A stretch of 64,000 nucleotides of DNA from Chloroflexota bacterium. Lineage in GTDB: Bacteria; Chloroflexota; Dehalococcoidia; Lucifugimonadales; Lucifugimonadaceae. Location of the stretch: positions 4,108 to 68,107 of the forward strand of contig JAJCYY010000013.1 in assembly GCA_029262735.1 (NCBI GenBank). Reading direction: 5' to 3'. The position numbers were made by a program, and so were the translations under genes. Below the pieces are notes generated by a model. That model was not told the origin of the DNA. It did no database searches and worked only from the letters and a program-made list of their open reading frames with translations. Positions 47,388 to 56,530 of the stretch are shown here, piece by piece. How positions within the stretch are numbered: position 1 is the first letter of the stretch; the number at the start of each line of letters is the position of its first letter.

Positions 47388-48473
47388 TTAGTCTAGTGGA
47401 ACGAACTTCAGACAGACCGGCATTGGACAGCGGATCTCTCGGCCCATCGGCGTCAGTTCGCCCGTCGCCGCGTCGACCTCAAACTGGATGATGTTGTCGC
47501 TGTCCTGATTCGCCGCGTAGAGATACTTGCCTTCCGGGTGGAAGCCGAAGTTGCGAGGCGTCTTGCCACCGGTGGACTGGTCGGCAACCGACTCGATGCT
47601 CCCGTCCGATTCGTCGATGCGGAAAATCGCAAGCGTATTGTGGCCACGGTTTGAGCCATACAGGAACTTCCCATCCGGGCTGACATGTACGTCAGCCGTC
47701 GTGTTGTCTCCCTGGTATCCCTCGGGCAGCGTCGATAACGAATTAATCTCCGTCAGCTTGCCGGAGGCGGCATCGTAGTTGTATGCGGTCACCGTGCAGC
47801 CCAATTCGTTGATCGCGTAGGCGTAGCGGCCATTCGGGTGGAAATCGAGGTGACGGGGTCCCGCCCCAGGCGCAGACGTAACCGACGACTCCTGGCTGAA
47901 CTTCAGCTTGCCGGCCTCAAGGTCCATCTCGTAGACACGAATCTGGTCGAGCCCCAGGTCGTTGATGACGGCGAACCGGTTGTCCGGAGATAGATTGGCC
48001 GAATGAGCGTGCGCCTTTTCCTGGCGCTGTGGATTCACCTTCGTCCCGCCATAGTGCTGGATAAAGTGAGAACTCCGCCCAAGCGAACCGTCCTCGGCAA
48101 TTGGGAGCATGCAGACGCTGCCGCCGTTGTAGTTTGCCACGACAGCGTACTTACCGGTCGCATCTATCGAGACATGACAGGGTCCTGGCCCGCCGGTCGA
48201 CTGGTGATTGATCCGGCTGAGGGCGCCCGAGGAATGGTCGATTGAGTAAGCGGTGAGCGCGCCACCGGGAACCCCAGACGACTCCGCCACCTCGTTAACT
48301 GCATACAGGAATTTCCTGTTCGGATGGATCGCCAGGAAAGATGGATTTATGATCCCATCTTCAAAGTTGACCTGCGTCATTCCGCCAGTCTCACCGTCCA
48401 TACGGAATGCGTAGATGCCTTTGCTTGCGCCAGCACTCGTATACGTTCCGACAAACATCAGCCAATCCGACAT
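47388..48473 (-). CDS. 7-bladed beta-propeller lactonase (6-phosphogluconolactonase / COG2706 family)
   Basis: The N-terminus YAFRMDGETG...INPSFLAIHP and the overall pattern match Pgl/lactonase-type propellers. Confidence 0.7.
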   Translation of the reverse strand: MSDWLMFVGTYTSAGASKGIYAFRMDGETGGMTQVNFEDGIINPSFLAIHPNRKFLYAVNEVAESSGVPGGALTAYSIDHSSGALSRINHQSTGGPGPCHVSIDATGKYAVVANYNGGSVCMLPIAEDGSLGRSSHFIQHYGGTKVNPQRQEKAHAHSANLSPDNRFAVINDLGLDQIRVYEMDLEAGKLKFSQESSVTSAPGAGPRHLDFHPNGRYAYAINELGCTVTAYNYDAASGKLTEINSLSTLPEGYQGDNTTADVHVSPDGKFLYGSNRGHNTLAIFRIDESDGSIESVADQSTGGKTPRNFGFHPEGKYLYAANQDSDNIIQFEVDAATGELTPMGREIRCPMPVCLKFVPLD

Positions 48474-48666
48474 TGCGGCCTCCAGTGTTTGGAGCAGGTC
48501 TGCAGGTAGTAGAGCGACCGTGATTGAATTGCGTGGCCGACCATTGGACCGTCCAATTCAAGACATTGCCCTGAGAGTGATGGCCGCTACACTACCACCG
48601 CGCAGCAACCCTGTGTGCACCACCTCATCGGAAATCCGGTCACGACGATAGATAACGGAGCAGCAA

Positions 48667-49809
48667 TTGGCAGATATCAGGGCGTCTGTACGCACAAAGA
48701 TCACCGACGTGAAGTCTGTCCAGCTCAGAGTCGTCAAGAGCGTTGGCGAGATTACGCCTGCTTGGAGCCCCGACCGTCCGATGCCGGTTCAGATCGGCGG
48801 AGGCTCCTACGTTGAGATCCACACTGACCAGGGACTCGTCGGCATCGGTCCCGCGGTAAGCAGCGAACTGATCCCGGCGATCAAGGAGTACCTGGTTGGG
48901 AAAGATCCGTTTGACGTCGAACAGCACGCGCACGCGCTCCGCTACTACGTTCGAGGCACGCCGTACTCGGGAACCGCGGGCGTCGATATCGCTCTCTGGG
49001 ACCTGATCGGGAAGTTGTGCGAGCAGCCGCTCTACAAGCTGTGGGGCGGTGGCAAAGATCGCGTGATGCCGTATGCGAGCACGATATTGCTTTCGACGCC
49101 CGAGGAGCGGGCTGAGTTCGCGTCTGCTCGAGCAGATGAGGGCTGGAAGGCGATCAAACTACGTATTCATCATGAGACGATGGCCGAAGACCTGCGGACG
49201 GTCGAGATGGTGATAGATGCTGTTGGCGACCGCATGGACGTGGCGGTGGACGCAAACCAGGCACAGTCGAGCGGTACGTGGCAGCCGGGAGTGATCTGGG
49301 ACTTTCGGAGGGCGATGGACACAGCGATCGAGCTGGATCAGATGGGGGCGTACTGGCTGGAGGAGCCGCTCCCCCGGCACCAGTTCGACAAGATCATCGT
49401 GATGTGCCAGAAAGTGGAGATGCCAATCGCTGGCGGCGAGAACAATCGCGGCCTCCACGAGTTCGTAGATATGGTGACAAACGGCGTCTACGATCTGCTG
49501 CAGCCTGAGAGCATGGTGATGGACGGCGTGACGGCGCTGCGCAAGGTCGGGACGCTGGCTGAACTGTGGGGCAAGCAGATTGTGCCGCACCACGGAGGAG
49601 GCAACATCGGCGTGATTGCACATCTGCACCTCGTGGCCTCGTGGCCAAACGCGCCGTACCTGGAGCTACTGCACGACCCGCCGATCGGCGACTACCGACA
49701 CAAGTTCGCAATGATGGCCAACGCGCCAGAGGTCAAAGACGGCTGGATAGAGGTGCCGCAAGGCCCAGGACTGGGTGTGGAGATCGACAAGAGCATGGTG
49801 GCGGGGTAG
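48667..49809 (+). CDS. enolase-superfamily enzyme (mandelate racemase/muconate lactonizing enzyme family; likely sugar-acid dehydratase)
   Basis: The product has MR/MLE N- and C-domains and metal-ligand-like D/E/D positions (VDANQA, LEEP, AGGEN). Confidence 0.75.
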   Translation: MADIRASVRTKITDVKSVQLRVVKSVGEITPAWSPDRPMPVQIGGGSYVEIHTDQGLVGIGPAVSSELIPAIKEYLVGKDPFDVEQHAHALRYYVRGTPYSGTAGVDIALWDLIGKLCEQPLYKLWGGGKDRVMPYASTILLSTPEERAEFASARADEGWKAIKLRIHHETMAEDLRTVEMVIDAVGDRMDVAVDANQAQSSGTWQPGVIWDFRRAMDTAIELDQMGAYWLEEPLPRHQFDKIIVMCQKVEMPIAGGENNRGLHEFVDMVTNGVYDLLQPESMVMDGVTALRKVGTLAELWGKQIVPHHGGGNIGVIAHLHLVASWPNAPYLELLHDPPIGDYRHKFAMMANAPEVKDGWIEVPQGPGLGVEIDKSMVAG

Positions 49810-49897
49810 AGGACGGAGCCGTTCAACTTGTCACCCTGAGCGAGGACGCGTCATCCCGCGGTCGGAATGACAAACCAAGGGCTTCCCAGCCAACCCC

Positions 49898-50995
49898 TTA
49901 CGGCCGCACTATCGTCCTTGCTACCTCGCCTGAGAGCATGTCCTCGAAGGCCTCGTTTATCTCGTCGAGCGGCCGGAACCGGGACTGCAACTCGTCCAGC
50001 TTCAGACGGCCCTGGCGGTACATCTCGATAAACCACGGGAAGTCCACTCTTGGGCTTCCGGTCCCGGCAGACGAGCCGATCAGACGGCGGTCACGGAAAA
50101 GCAGCTCCATAGGGACACTGACCTCGCCACCGGATGGCGGAACTCCAACCATGCAGGCGGTGCCTCCAGGGCAGGTCGCGTCGAATGCCTGCCGCAGAGT
50201 CGACGGATTGCCGATCACCTCAAAGGTGTAGTCGGCGCCGCCGCCGGTCAGGTCCATCACCGCTTCCACAGGGTCGTTTTTCGATGCGTCAACGGTGTCT
50301 GTTGCCCCGAACTGCTTCGCAAACGTGAGTTTCGACTCGGCTATGTCGATGGCGATGATCTTCGTCGCGCCGGCTATCGCCGCGCCCTGAATCACGTTCA
50401 AGCCCACGCCGCCACATCCCCAGACGGCGACCGCCGAGCCGGCCTTGACCTGTGCTGTGTTGACCACTGCGCCTACCCCGGTTACCACGGCACAGCCAAG
50501 CGAAGCCAGTCTCTCTATCGGAACGTCGTTTCTAACCTTCACGAGATTCCACTCGGCAACGACTGTGTGTTGCGAGAACGCCGCGAGAGCATGACTCATG
50601 TAGAGGACAGTGCCGTCCAGCTTCTTAAATCGCGTAGTTCCGTCGACCATATGGCCGCGCTTCGCCTGTATTCCATCGCAGAGGTTCCATCGGCCCGTCG
50701 AGCAATACTTGCACTTACCGCACATAGGCCGGATGGTGAACACCACGTGATCACCAGGAGCGAAAGCCGTGACTCCCGGTCCGATCTCTTCAACGATTCC
50801 CGATGCCTCATGACCCATAACCGTCGGGGATAGCCTGGCGTTAATGTGTCCGTCCACCGCGTGGTAGTCGCTATGGCAAACCCCGGTGGCCGCAACCCTA
50901 ACCAGCACCTCGCCCGTCTTCGGACCTTGCAACTCGACATCTTCGACACTGATCGGCTGATTCGGTCCGTAAAAAATGGCTGAGCGTGTGCGCAT
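49898..50995 (-). CDS. zinc-dependent alcohol dehydrogenase (MDR family)
   Basis: The product has GVCHSD (catalytic Zn), a CGKCKYC structural Zn site and a GCGGVGL Rossmann motif. The start was chosen at MRTRSAIF with GGTGAG upstream. Confidence 0.85.
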   Translation of the reverse strand: MRTRSAIFYGPNQPISVEDVELQGPKTGEVLVRVAATGVCHSDYHAVDGHINARLSPTVMGHEASGIVEEIGPGVTAFAPGDHVVFTIRPMCGKCKYCSTGRWNLCDGIQAKRGHMVDGTTRFKKLDGTVLYMSHALAAFSQHTVVAEWNLVKVRNDVPIERLASLGCAVVTGVGAVVNTAQVKAGSAVAVWGCGGVGLNVIQGAAIAGATKIIAIDIAESKLTFAKQFGATDTVDASKNDPVEAVMDLTGGGADYTFEVIGNPSTLRQAFDATCPGGTACMVGVPPSGGEVSVPMELLFRDRRLIGSSAGTGSPRVDFPWFIEMYRQGRLKLDELQSRFRPLDEINEAFEDMLSGEVARTIVRP

Positions 50996-51153
50996 TGTTC
51001 TCACCTGGTGGATTGACGACGTAGTCTGTTCGTTGTCGGCCAATTTGCGTATCAGAACTAGTGGCCGCGGCGAGATGATATACCGGGTTCCCAGGCGAAA
51101 ACACGATTCTTTGCGGCAACTCGGGCGATGAGGCAGCGATCAAGGAGAACACA

Positions 51154-52029
51154 GTGGCTGAGAAGATCCTGTTCGACACTGACATCGGCTCGGACATCGA
51201 TGACGCCGTCGCGCTGGCATGGCTGCTGGCGAATCCTGACTGCGATCTGGTCGGCATCACAACGGTGTCGGGTCAACCGGAGGTCCGGGCCAGGCTTGCA
51301 AGTGCGTTGTGCCATGTGGCAGGCAAGCGGGTGCCAATCGTGCCTGGCGCGGCTCGGCCGTTGCAGGTGGAGACGAGGCAGCCGATCGCGCAGCAGGCGC
51401 CGTCACTGGAACGGTGGGCTCACGACGAAACGTTCATCTCAGAGGACGCTATCGACTTCATGGCTGACCTGATCGATCGCAATCCCGGCGAGATCACGTT
51501 GCTGGCTGTCGGGCCGATGACAAACGTTGCGAAGCTGTTTGAGCACAGCCCCGAGGTGCCGATGCAGCTGAAACAGGTGGTGCTCATGTGCGGCCGATTC
51601 GGACAGGAGCAACTTGGCAGCAGACCGTCTGAGTGGAACGTCTACTGCGATCCGCACGCCGCAGACATTGTGCTGAACACCGAGACCCGCCGGACCCGAG
51701 CGCACGGACTGGACGTGACGATGCAGGTCCAGATGGATGCCGGTGAGGTCCGCAGCAGGTTTGACGCACCACTGCTTCATCCGGTGCTGGACATGGCGGA
51801 AGAGTGGTTCAACCGCAGGCCACTGATCACTTTTCATGACCCGCTTGCAGCGATCGCAACGTTTGACGAGGAGGTCTGCGTCTATGAGCGAGGATCCGCG
51901 AACGTTTGCACAGACAGTGGCGCTGACCAGGGATTGACCGAGTGGCAGTCTGGCCGGAGCGGGAACCTCGAGATCGGAACCGCGGTCGATGCGAACCGCT
52001 TCTTCGAACGCTACTTCGAGATGTTTTAA
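51154..52029 (+). CDS. inosine/uridine-preferring nucleoside hydrolase family protein
   Basis: The product has a DTDIGSDIDDAVAL aspartate cluster. It has a GTG start with AGGAGAA upstream. Confidence 0.8.
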   Translation: MAEKILFDTDIGSDIDDAVALAWLLANPDCDLVGITTVSGQPEVRARLASALCHVAGKRVPIVPGAARPLQVETRQPIAQQAPSLERWAHDETFISEDAIDFMADLIDRNPGEITLLAVGPMTNVAKLFEHSPEVPMQLKQVVLMCGRFGQEQLGSRPSEWNVYCDPHAADIVLNTETRRTRAHGLDVTMQVQMDAGEVRSRFDAPLLHPVLDMAEEWFNRRPLITFHDPLAAIATFDEEVCVYERGSANVCTDSGADQGLTEWQSGRSGNLEIGTAVDANRFFERYFEMF

Positions 52030-52250
52030 TCCGAGACCAGTCTCGCCTTAGCGGACGTGGGCAGGCCGGGGGGACACCAGACCCGTTCATCGCCAAACGT
52101 GTTTTCCGAGTTCGCCGATTGGTGATACAGCGAGTATTCTAGCCCCGCTCATACCACCGGATGCCACGGCGGTCGTTTGTTGGCCGTTGCTCGGTTACTC
52201 ACGTCCGACCAGCTGGCGTGAGACCGGCTGATTGACCTAGATTCGGAGTT

Positions 52251-53297
52251 GTGACCGTGCGAGTTGTTCAGTTCGTTAACCCGGGAAAGGGCAGGCGGGT
52301 CGGAGTTGTCGAGGACGAATCGGTTGCGGACATAACGTCTGTGTCGCCTGCTTTGCAGAGTGTCTATGACGTTGCGCAATCGGCTTTCGAGAACGGGAGT
52401 TCCTTTGAGCAGGAACTGTCGTCGAACCTGCCCAACGCTGTCCGCTTGCCGTATGCAGAGCTGCTTTCAGCGAAGATCGGCGGCGAATCGCCTTACTTGA
52501 TCTCACCAGTGGCGCATGCAGATCCGCACCGCGTACTTGTTTCTGGGACAGGACTCACGCACACCGGCTCAATGAAGTCCCGCGACCAGATGCACTCATC
52601 CGACAGCGAAGAGTCGGCCGAGCCGCAGAGCGATTCAGCGAAGATGTTCCAGATGGGTCTCGATGGCGGCAAGCCTCCGGCGGGCACCCGCGGCACATCA
52701 CCTGAGTGGTTCTACAAAGGGGACGGCACCGCCATAAAAGGACCGGGCGACGCGCTGGAGCTACCTGCATTCGCACTTGATGGCGGCGAAGAACCGGAGC
52801 TTGCAGCCTGCTACCTGGTCGACCCCGATGGAGCACCTCGGAGGCTCGGATTCGCCCTCGGTAATGAATGGTCGGACCACGAAACCGAACGGATTAATTA
52901 CCTGTATCTTGCGCCGTCGAAACTGCGTGAGTGTGCAGTCGGACCAGAGCTCGTGACGGGATTCGACTTCATGGAGCTCGAGTTGACCTGCATAGTCCGA
53001 CGCAACGGAGAGGTGATCTACGACTCTGGCGCGCTGTTCACCGGTGAGAACTACATGAGCCATACGCTTGCGAACTGTGAAGATCACCACTTCAAGTACC
53101 CTCAGCACAGGATTCCCGGCGACGCCCATGTCCACTTCTTCGGCACCAGCCAGCTGTCTTTCAGCAGCCGTGATTGGAAGTTCCAGGCTGGGGACGAGAT
53201 AGAGGTAGCATCAACGGGGTTCTCCGAGACGCTTCGCAACTATGTCGCAAACGGCGCACCGGATGCGGGACGAGTCATTCCCGTCACCAACGCATAA
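52251..53297 (+). CDS. fumarylacetoacetate hydrolase (FAH) family protein
   Basis: The product has FAH-like motifs: PEWFYKG..GPGDALELP, D.EEPELAA and a GNEWSDHE block. Confidence 0.6.
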   Translation: MTVRVVQFVNPGKGRRVGVVEDESVADITSVSPALQSVYDVAQSAFENGSSFEQELSSNLPNAVRLPYAELLSAKIGGESPYLISPVAHADPHRVLVSGTGLTHTGSMKSRDQMHSSDSEESAEPQSDSAKMFQMGLDGGKPPAGTRGTSPEWFYKGDGTAIKGPGDALELPAFALDGGEEPELAACYLVDPDGAPRRLGFALGNEWSDHETERINYLYLAPSKLRECAVGPELVTGFDFMELELTCIVRRNGEVIYDSGALFTGENYMSHTLANCEDHHFKYPQHRIPGDAHVHFFGTSQLSFSSRDWKFQAGDEIEVASTGFSETLRNYVANGAPDAGRVIPVTNA

Positions 53298-53334
53298 AAA
53301 AGATGGAACCCTGAGAGCCAAAGGATAACGACAA

Positions 53335-53655
53335 ATGGAGCCTGTGATTAGAAATGTTTCCGGCAGTACGAACCCACTGCTCGGTCCTGCCGACGGATCG
53401 GCTACTTCCGTACTGCTTATGGTTCGGCATGAGCCCGGCGAATCGAGTCCTGATCATGTACACCCATGGGAGCACATGGCCTTCATCACCGAAGGCTCAG
53501 GTGTGCTGACGGTTGAGGACAACCAGTATCCGGTAAAGACCGGGGATGCCGTGCTTGTTCCGGGAGGAGCCAGGCACCAGTTCACAAATACTGGCGATGT
53601 CACTCTGAGCCGGGTAACCGTGAACCCGCTGGAGTCGGTGCAAGGCGGAAGCTGA
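53335..53655 (+). CDS. cupin-domain protein
   Basis: The 106-aa product has HVHPWEHMAFI...GDAVLVPGGARHQF, the two-motif pattern of the cupin-2 family. Confidence 0.75.
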   Translation: MEPVIRNVSGSTNPLLGPADGSATSVLLMVRHEPGESSPDHVHPWEHMAFITEGSGVLTVEDNQYPVKTGDAVLVPGGARHQFTNTGDVTLSRVTVNPLESVQGGS

Positions 53656-53753
53656 AATCCGGCCGTCAGGACCGCTGACCGTCTCGACAGATGAGAACAG
53701 GGTGCTCGTACGAGTATCCCGTTCTCATATCAGTCGATGCAGCAGCCGTACGA

Positions 53754-54908
53754 CTAGCACCTGCTGATATTTGAGCTCACAGACATTATTGAGCCTGCAG
53801 GTTCGAACACCCACCAGGACTCGACGCTCTCCGATGTTGGAGCCGAAATCTGCCAGAGACCTCCACCGAGGTACACCGGCTCGATGATCATATCGTTGTA
53901 GATGTCGCGGCATGTGAACTCGAAACGCCTGCGGAGTGCATCGTTTCGGCCATAGATATTGCTCGGCCGCTCATCCATCCGTTCAAACATGATCGCCAGT
54001 ACTTCCTCACTTGTGAGCATGTTCGTCTCATCATGAGGTTTGAAGGATCCGGTTACGGTGTTGACCATCGTTCTTACGCTTGGACCGAAGTTCCAGTCGA
54101 ACGCCGGAACCTCCGTTGAAACCTGGACCTGCAAATCACCCCATGCGTACCAGTGCACGAAGTTCAAGTACTGTTCGCCATTCTTCTCACCACCGAACTG
54201 GTATTCCCAGGCAGTGTTGAACTTTATTGCGCCTGCTGAAGTATTGGACCAAACATCCCAACCAGAAGGGCGATCGGGAAAGTTTGCGACTCCGTACGAG
54301 ATGATGTTCTGGTAGCGCCATCTTTCAAACGGCTGTTCCGTGATAGTCACACTGATTTTGCCCGAAGGATCGGACAACACCATTGATGAATCGGTCAGGC
54401 GCTCCGACCATCCTGGTGGAAGATTGAACTGGTAGTTTAGAAGTGACTGAAATTGGCCCTCTGCGGCACCCGTGACCGTAGGAACAATGAAAGGTGTAGC
54501 TGTTGGTGCCGGGAGAACCGTTGACAGTGGTCTCGGCGTCCACAATGGAGTAGGCGTTGCGTTCCTGTCAATCCTGATCGGAGTGGCAACCGGTTGCCGG
54601 GTGGCGACAGGTCCCGGTGAAGGAACGGTTTCGACTGGCCGGGGAGCGACAGTTGGCGCAGGTTGTCGAGTCGAAATGGGTTGTCTAGTTGGCGCAGGTA
54701 GAACTCTCGTCACCACGGTTGCAGTCGGGGCTGGTTGAATTGAGTCCAGGCGAGTCACGGTTGCAGGCTGACGAGTCGCAATTCCTGAACCGGTGTCGCT
54801 CGCTCCTGTACGTGCAGGATCAGTTGCACTCACGCTCTCCGAGCAGGCCACAGCCGCAATTGCAACTAAAAACATCGACGCCAGGATTTTTGCTTTCATC
54901 AGAGCCAA
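53754..54908 (-). CDS. secreted lipoprotein with Thr/Pro-rich linker
   Basis: The product has a signal peptide with a lipobox (AAVACSE) and a low-complexity TRQPAPT repeat region, followed by a globular C-terminal domain. Confidence 0.6.
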   Translation of the reverse strand: MALMKAKILASMFLVAIAAVACSESVSATDPARTGASDTGSGIATRQPATVTRLDSIQPAPTATVVTRVLPAPTRQPISTRQPAPTVAPRPVETVPSPGPVATRQPVATPIRIDRNATPTPLWTPRPLSTVLPAPTATPFIVPTVTGAAEGQFQSLLNYQFNLPPGWSERLTDSSMVLSDPSGKISVTITEQPFERWRYQNIISYGVANFPDRPSGWDVWSNTSAGAIKFNTAWEYQFGGEKNGEQYLNFVHWYAWGDLQVQVSTEVPAFDWNFGPSVRTMVNTVTGSFKPHDETNMLTSEEVLAIMFERMDERPSNIYGRNDALRRRFEFTCRDIYNDMIIEPVYLGGGLWQISAPTSESVESWWVFEPAGSIMSVSSNISRC

Positions 54909-55584
54909 CCGTCCATAGTCTTAGTGCTGAGTCAGGCTACAACGGAACGTTTTAACGATATGACGCTTGCCCTGCAAGCCATCGGCCTGTGGTATCGCTC
55001 GATGGCACACTGCCACTAGTACCAGGCCACACGTCCGCTCGATCTAGATTGCGCTGTGTCGGTAGGTGTTACGTGTGCAAGAGGGTTGAACAGGCGGTGA
55101 GACGAGTTGGAGATCGGGTGGAAAAGGTGTGGCAGCGTGTGAAAAAAGATCGGCGGCTCTTAGGGTGCACACGAGAACCGGGTAATTTGTCGATCCCTGC
55201 CGGTTTCTGGCGGAGCACCGTGTACCTGACGCAAACTGACTACGCCGCTGTCAGAGTGGTCGCGCGAATCGATCCCGCTGTGCGTTCATAGGATGGCGTA
55301 CAACATCCGCTTCTTCGCCCGCGATCTTCAGCAGCGCAAAAGTACTGATGTCGCAGCCTCGATCTTTTCGGCCTCATTGACCGCGGGGTCGAGCCGGCGA
55401 CCGAAAACGGGCTCGCGGAGCACAGATGAATTCTTATCTATGTGTCTCGGCACTGCTAGTGAAAAACAAACCGCTCGGGCCGTTCTGTGGCTCGCCGGTG
55501 TCGATCAAAGGCACGGAGGTAAAGATCACTCTGAAGACGACGGCTCCCGGAACTACGATCTTGAGATGTTCCTAAAAACAACTG

Positions 55585-56172
55585 CTACCGTCGTAATATG
55601 TCGGGTTCGCCCTCAATCACGACGCTTATCACATCACCACCGTCCTGTATCTCCATTGAGCCTGACGACGGGAACAGTCCAAACAGATTCGACACCTGCG
55701 TAATGTTGATGAACTCGCCGCTCCTGACACCGAAGTAGCCTGTACCGACGACATCGAGCGACAGGATTTCTACGACTTCTCCTGTCTGCGCAATCTCCCA
55801 GGACAATCCACCCTGCGATATCCAGAATCCACTGATGTCCAACGCTCCCGGTGAACTCACATTGAGATCGACGCGTGGCGTCGCCTGTGGAGCGGCTTCA
55901 AACGGAGCGGTAGTCGGCGTTGCCTGGGCTGCTGCGACCGGTGATGCTCCTGCGTTTATTGCCGGTTGAGGCTGGCTATCAGAGCCGCCGATCACCCCCG
56001 CTGCAAACAGCGCACCGACCAGACCTCCTATCGATCCGATCACAGCTGCAACACCGGTTAAGATACCCGGTATCGATGTCCAAAATCCGGATTTGTGACC
56101 GCCTCGGTGGTTACCGTCAGGCGAATAATTCTGCATCATCGATACCCCTGAAGGACTAAAAATTCCCTTCAA
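55585..56172 (-). CDS. hypothetical membrane-anchored protein
   Basis: The 195-aa product has one TM segment (ILTGVAAVIGSIGGLVGALFAAGVIGG) and an Ala/Pro-rich linker. Confidence 0.45.
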   Translation of the reverse strand: MKGIFSPSGVSMMQNYSPDGNHRGGHKSGFWTSIPGILTGVAAVIGSIGGLVGALFAAGVIGGSDSQPQPAINAGASPVAAAQATPTTAPFEAAPQATPRVDLNVSSPGALDISGFWISQGGLSWEIAQTGEVVEILSLDVVGTGYFGVRSGEFINITQVSNLFGLFPSSGSMEIQDGGDVISVVIEGEPDILRR

Positions 56173-56530
56173 GTCTACTTGGTCGCGTCACTCAGTTCTT
56201 CACGGTTTCCCGCCAGCGTTTTCTTTGCCCGCCCTGCCAGTTGACGAAATCGACCAGCAAAATTGACGGTGCTCCATGTTCGTGGCGAGTATCTCGGAAT
56301 CTATATCAGACCCGGAGCTATTGAATATACCCCCTGTGCTTTGCGGGCTGGACTGGGAGGATAAGTAAGCAGAAATTGCCGGCACAGACAATAATCCGGT
56401 TCTTAGACCCCCCACCGGTCCTAGCATCGGGGACTGGGGGGACTGGAAGGTGGCACGGAAGTCAACTACACAAAAAGCGGATGGCAGGACTAATCCTGCC
56501 ATCCGCCTCTTTACCCGCCGTCGGAAGCAG

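Noticed and set aside
54989-55703. Two plus-strand ORFs (100 and 136 aa) between lipoprotein and membrane protein genes
   Set aside because: Their composition is not coding-like (Arg/Ser-rich), and they have no RBS and no motifs. They are probably a non-coding intergenic or promoter region.
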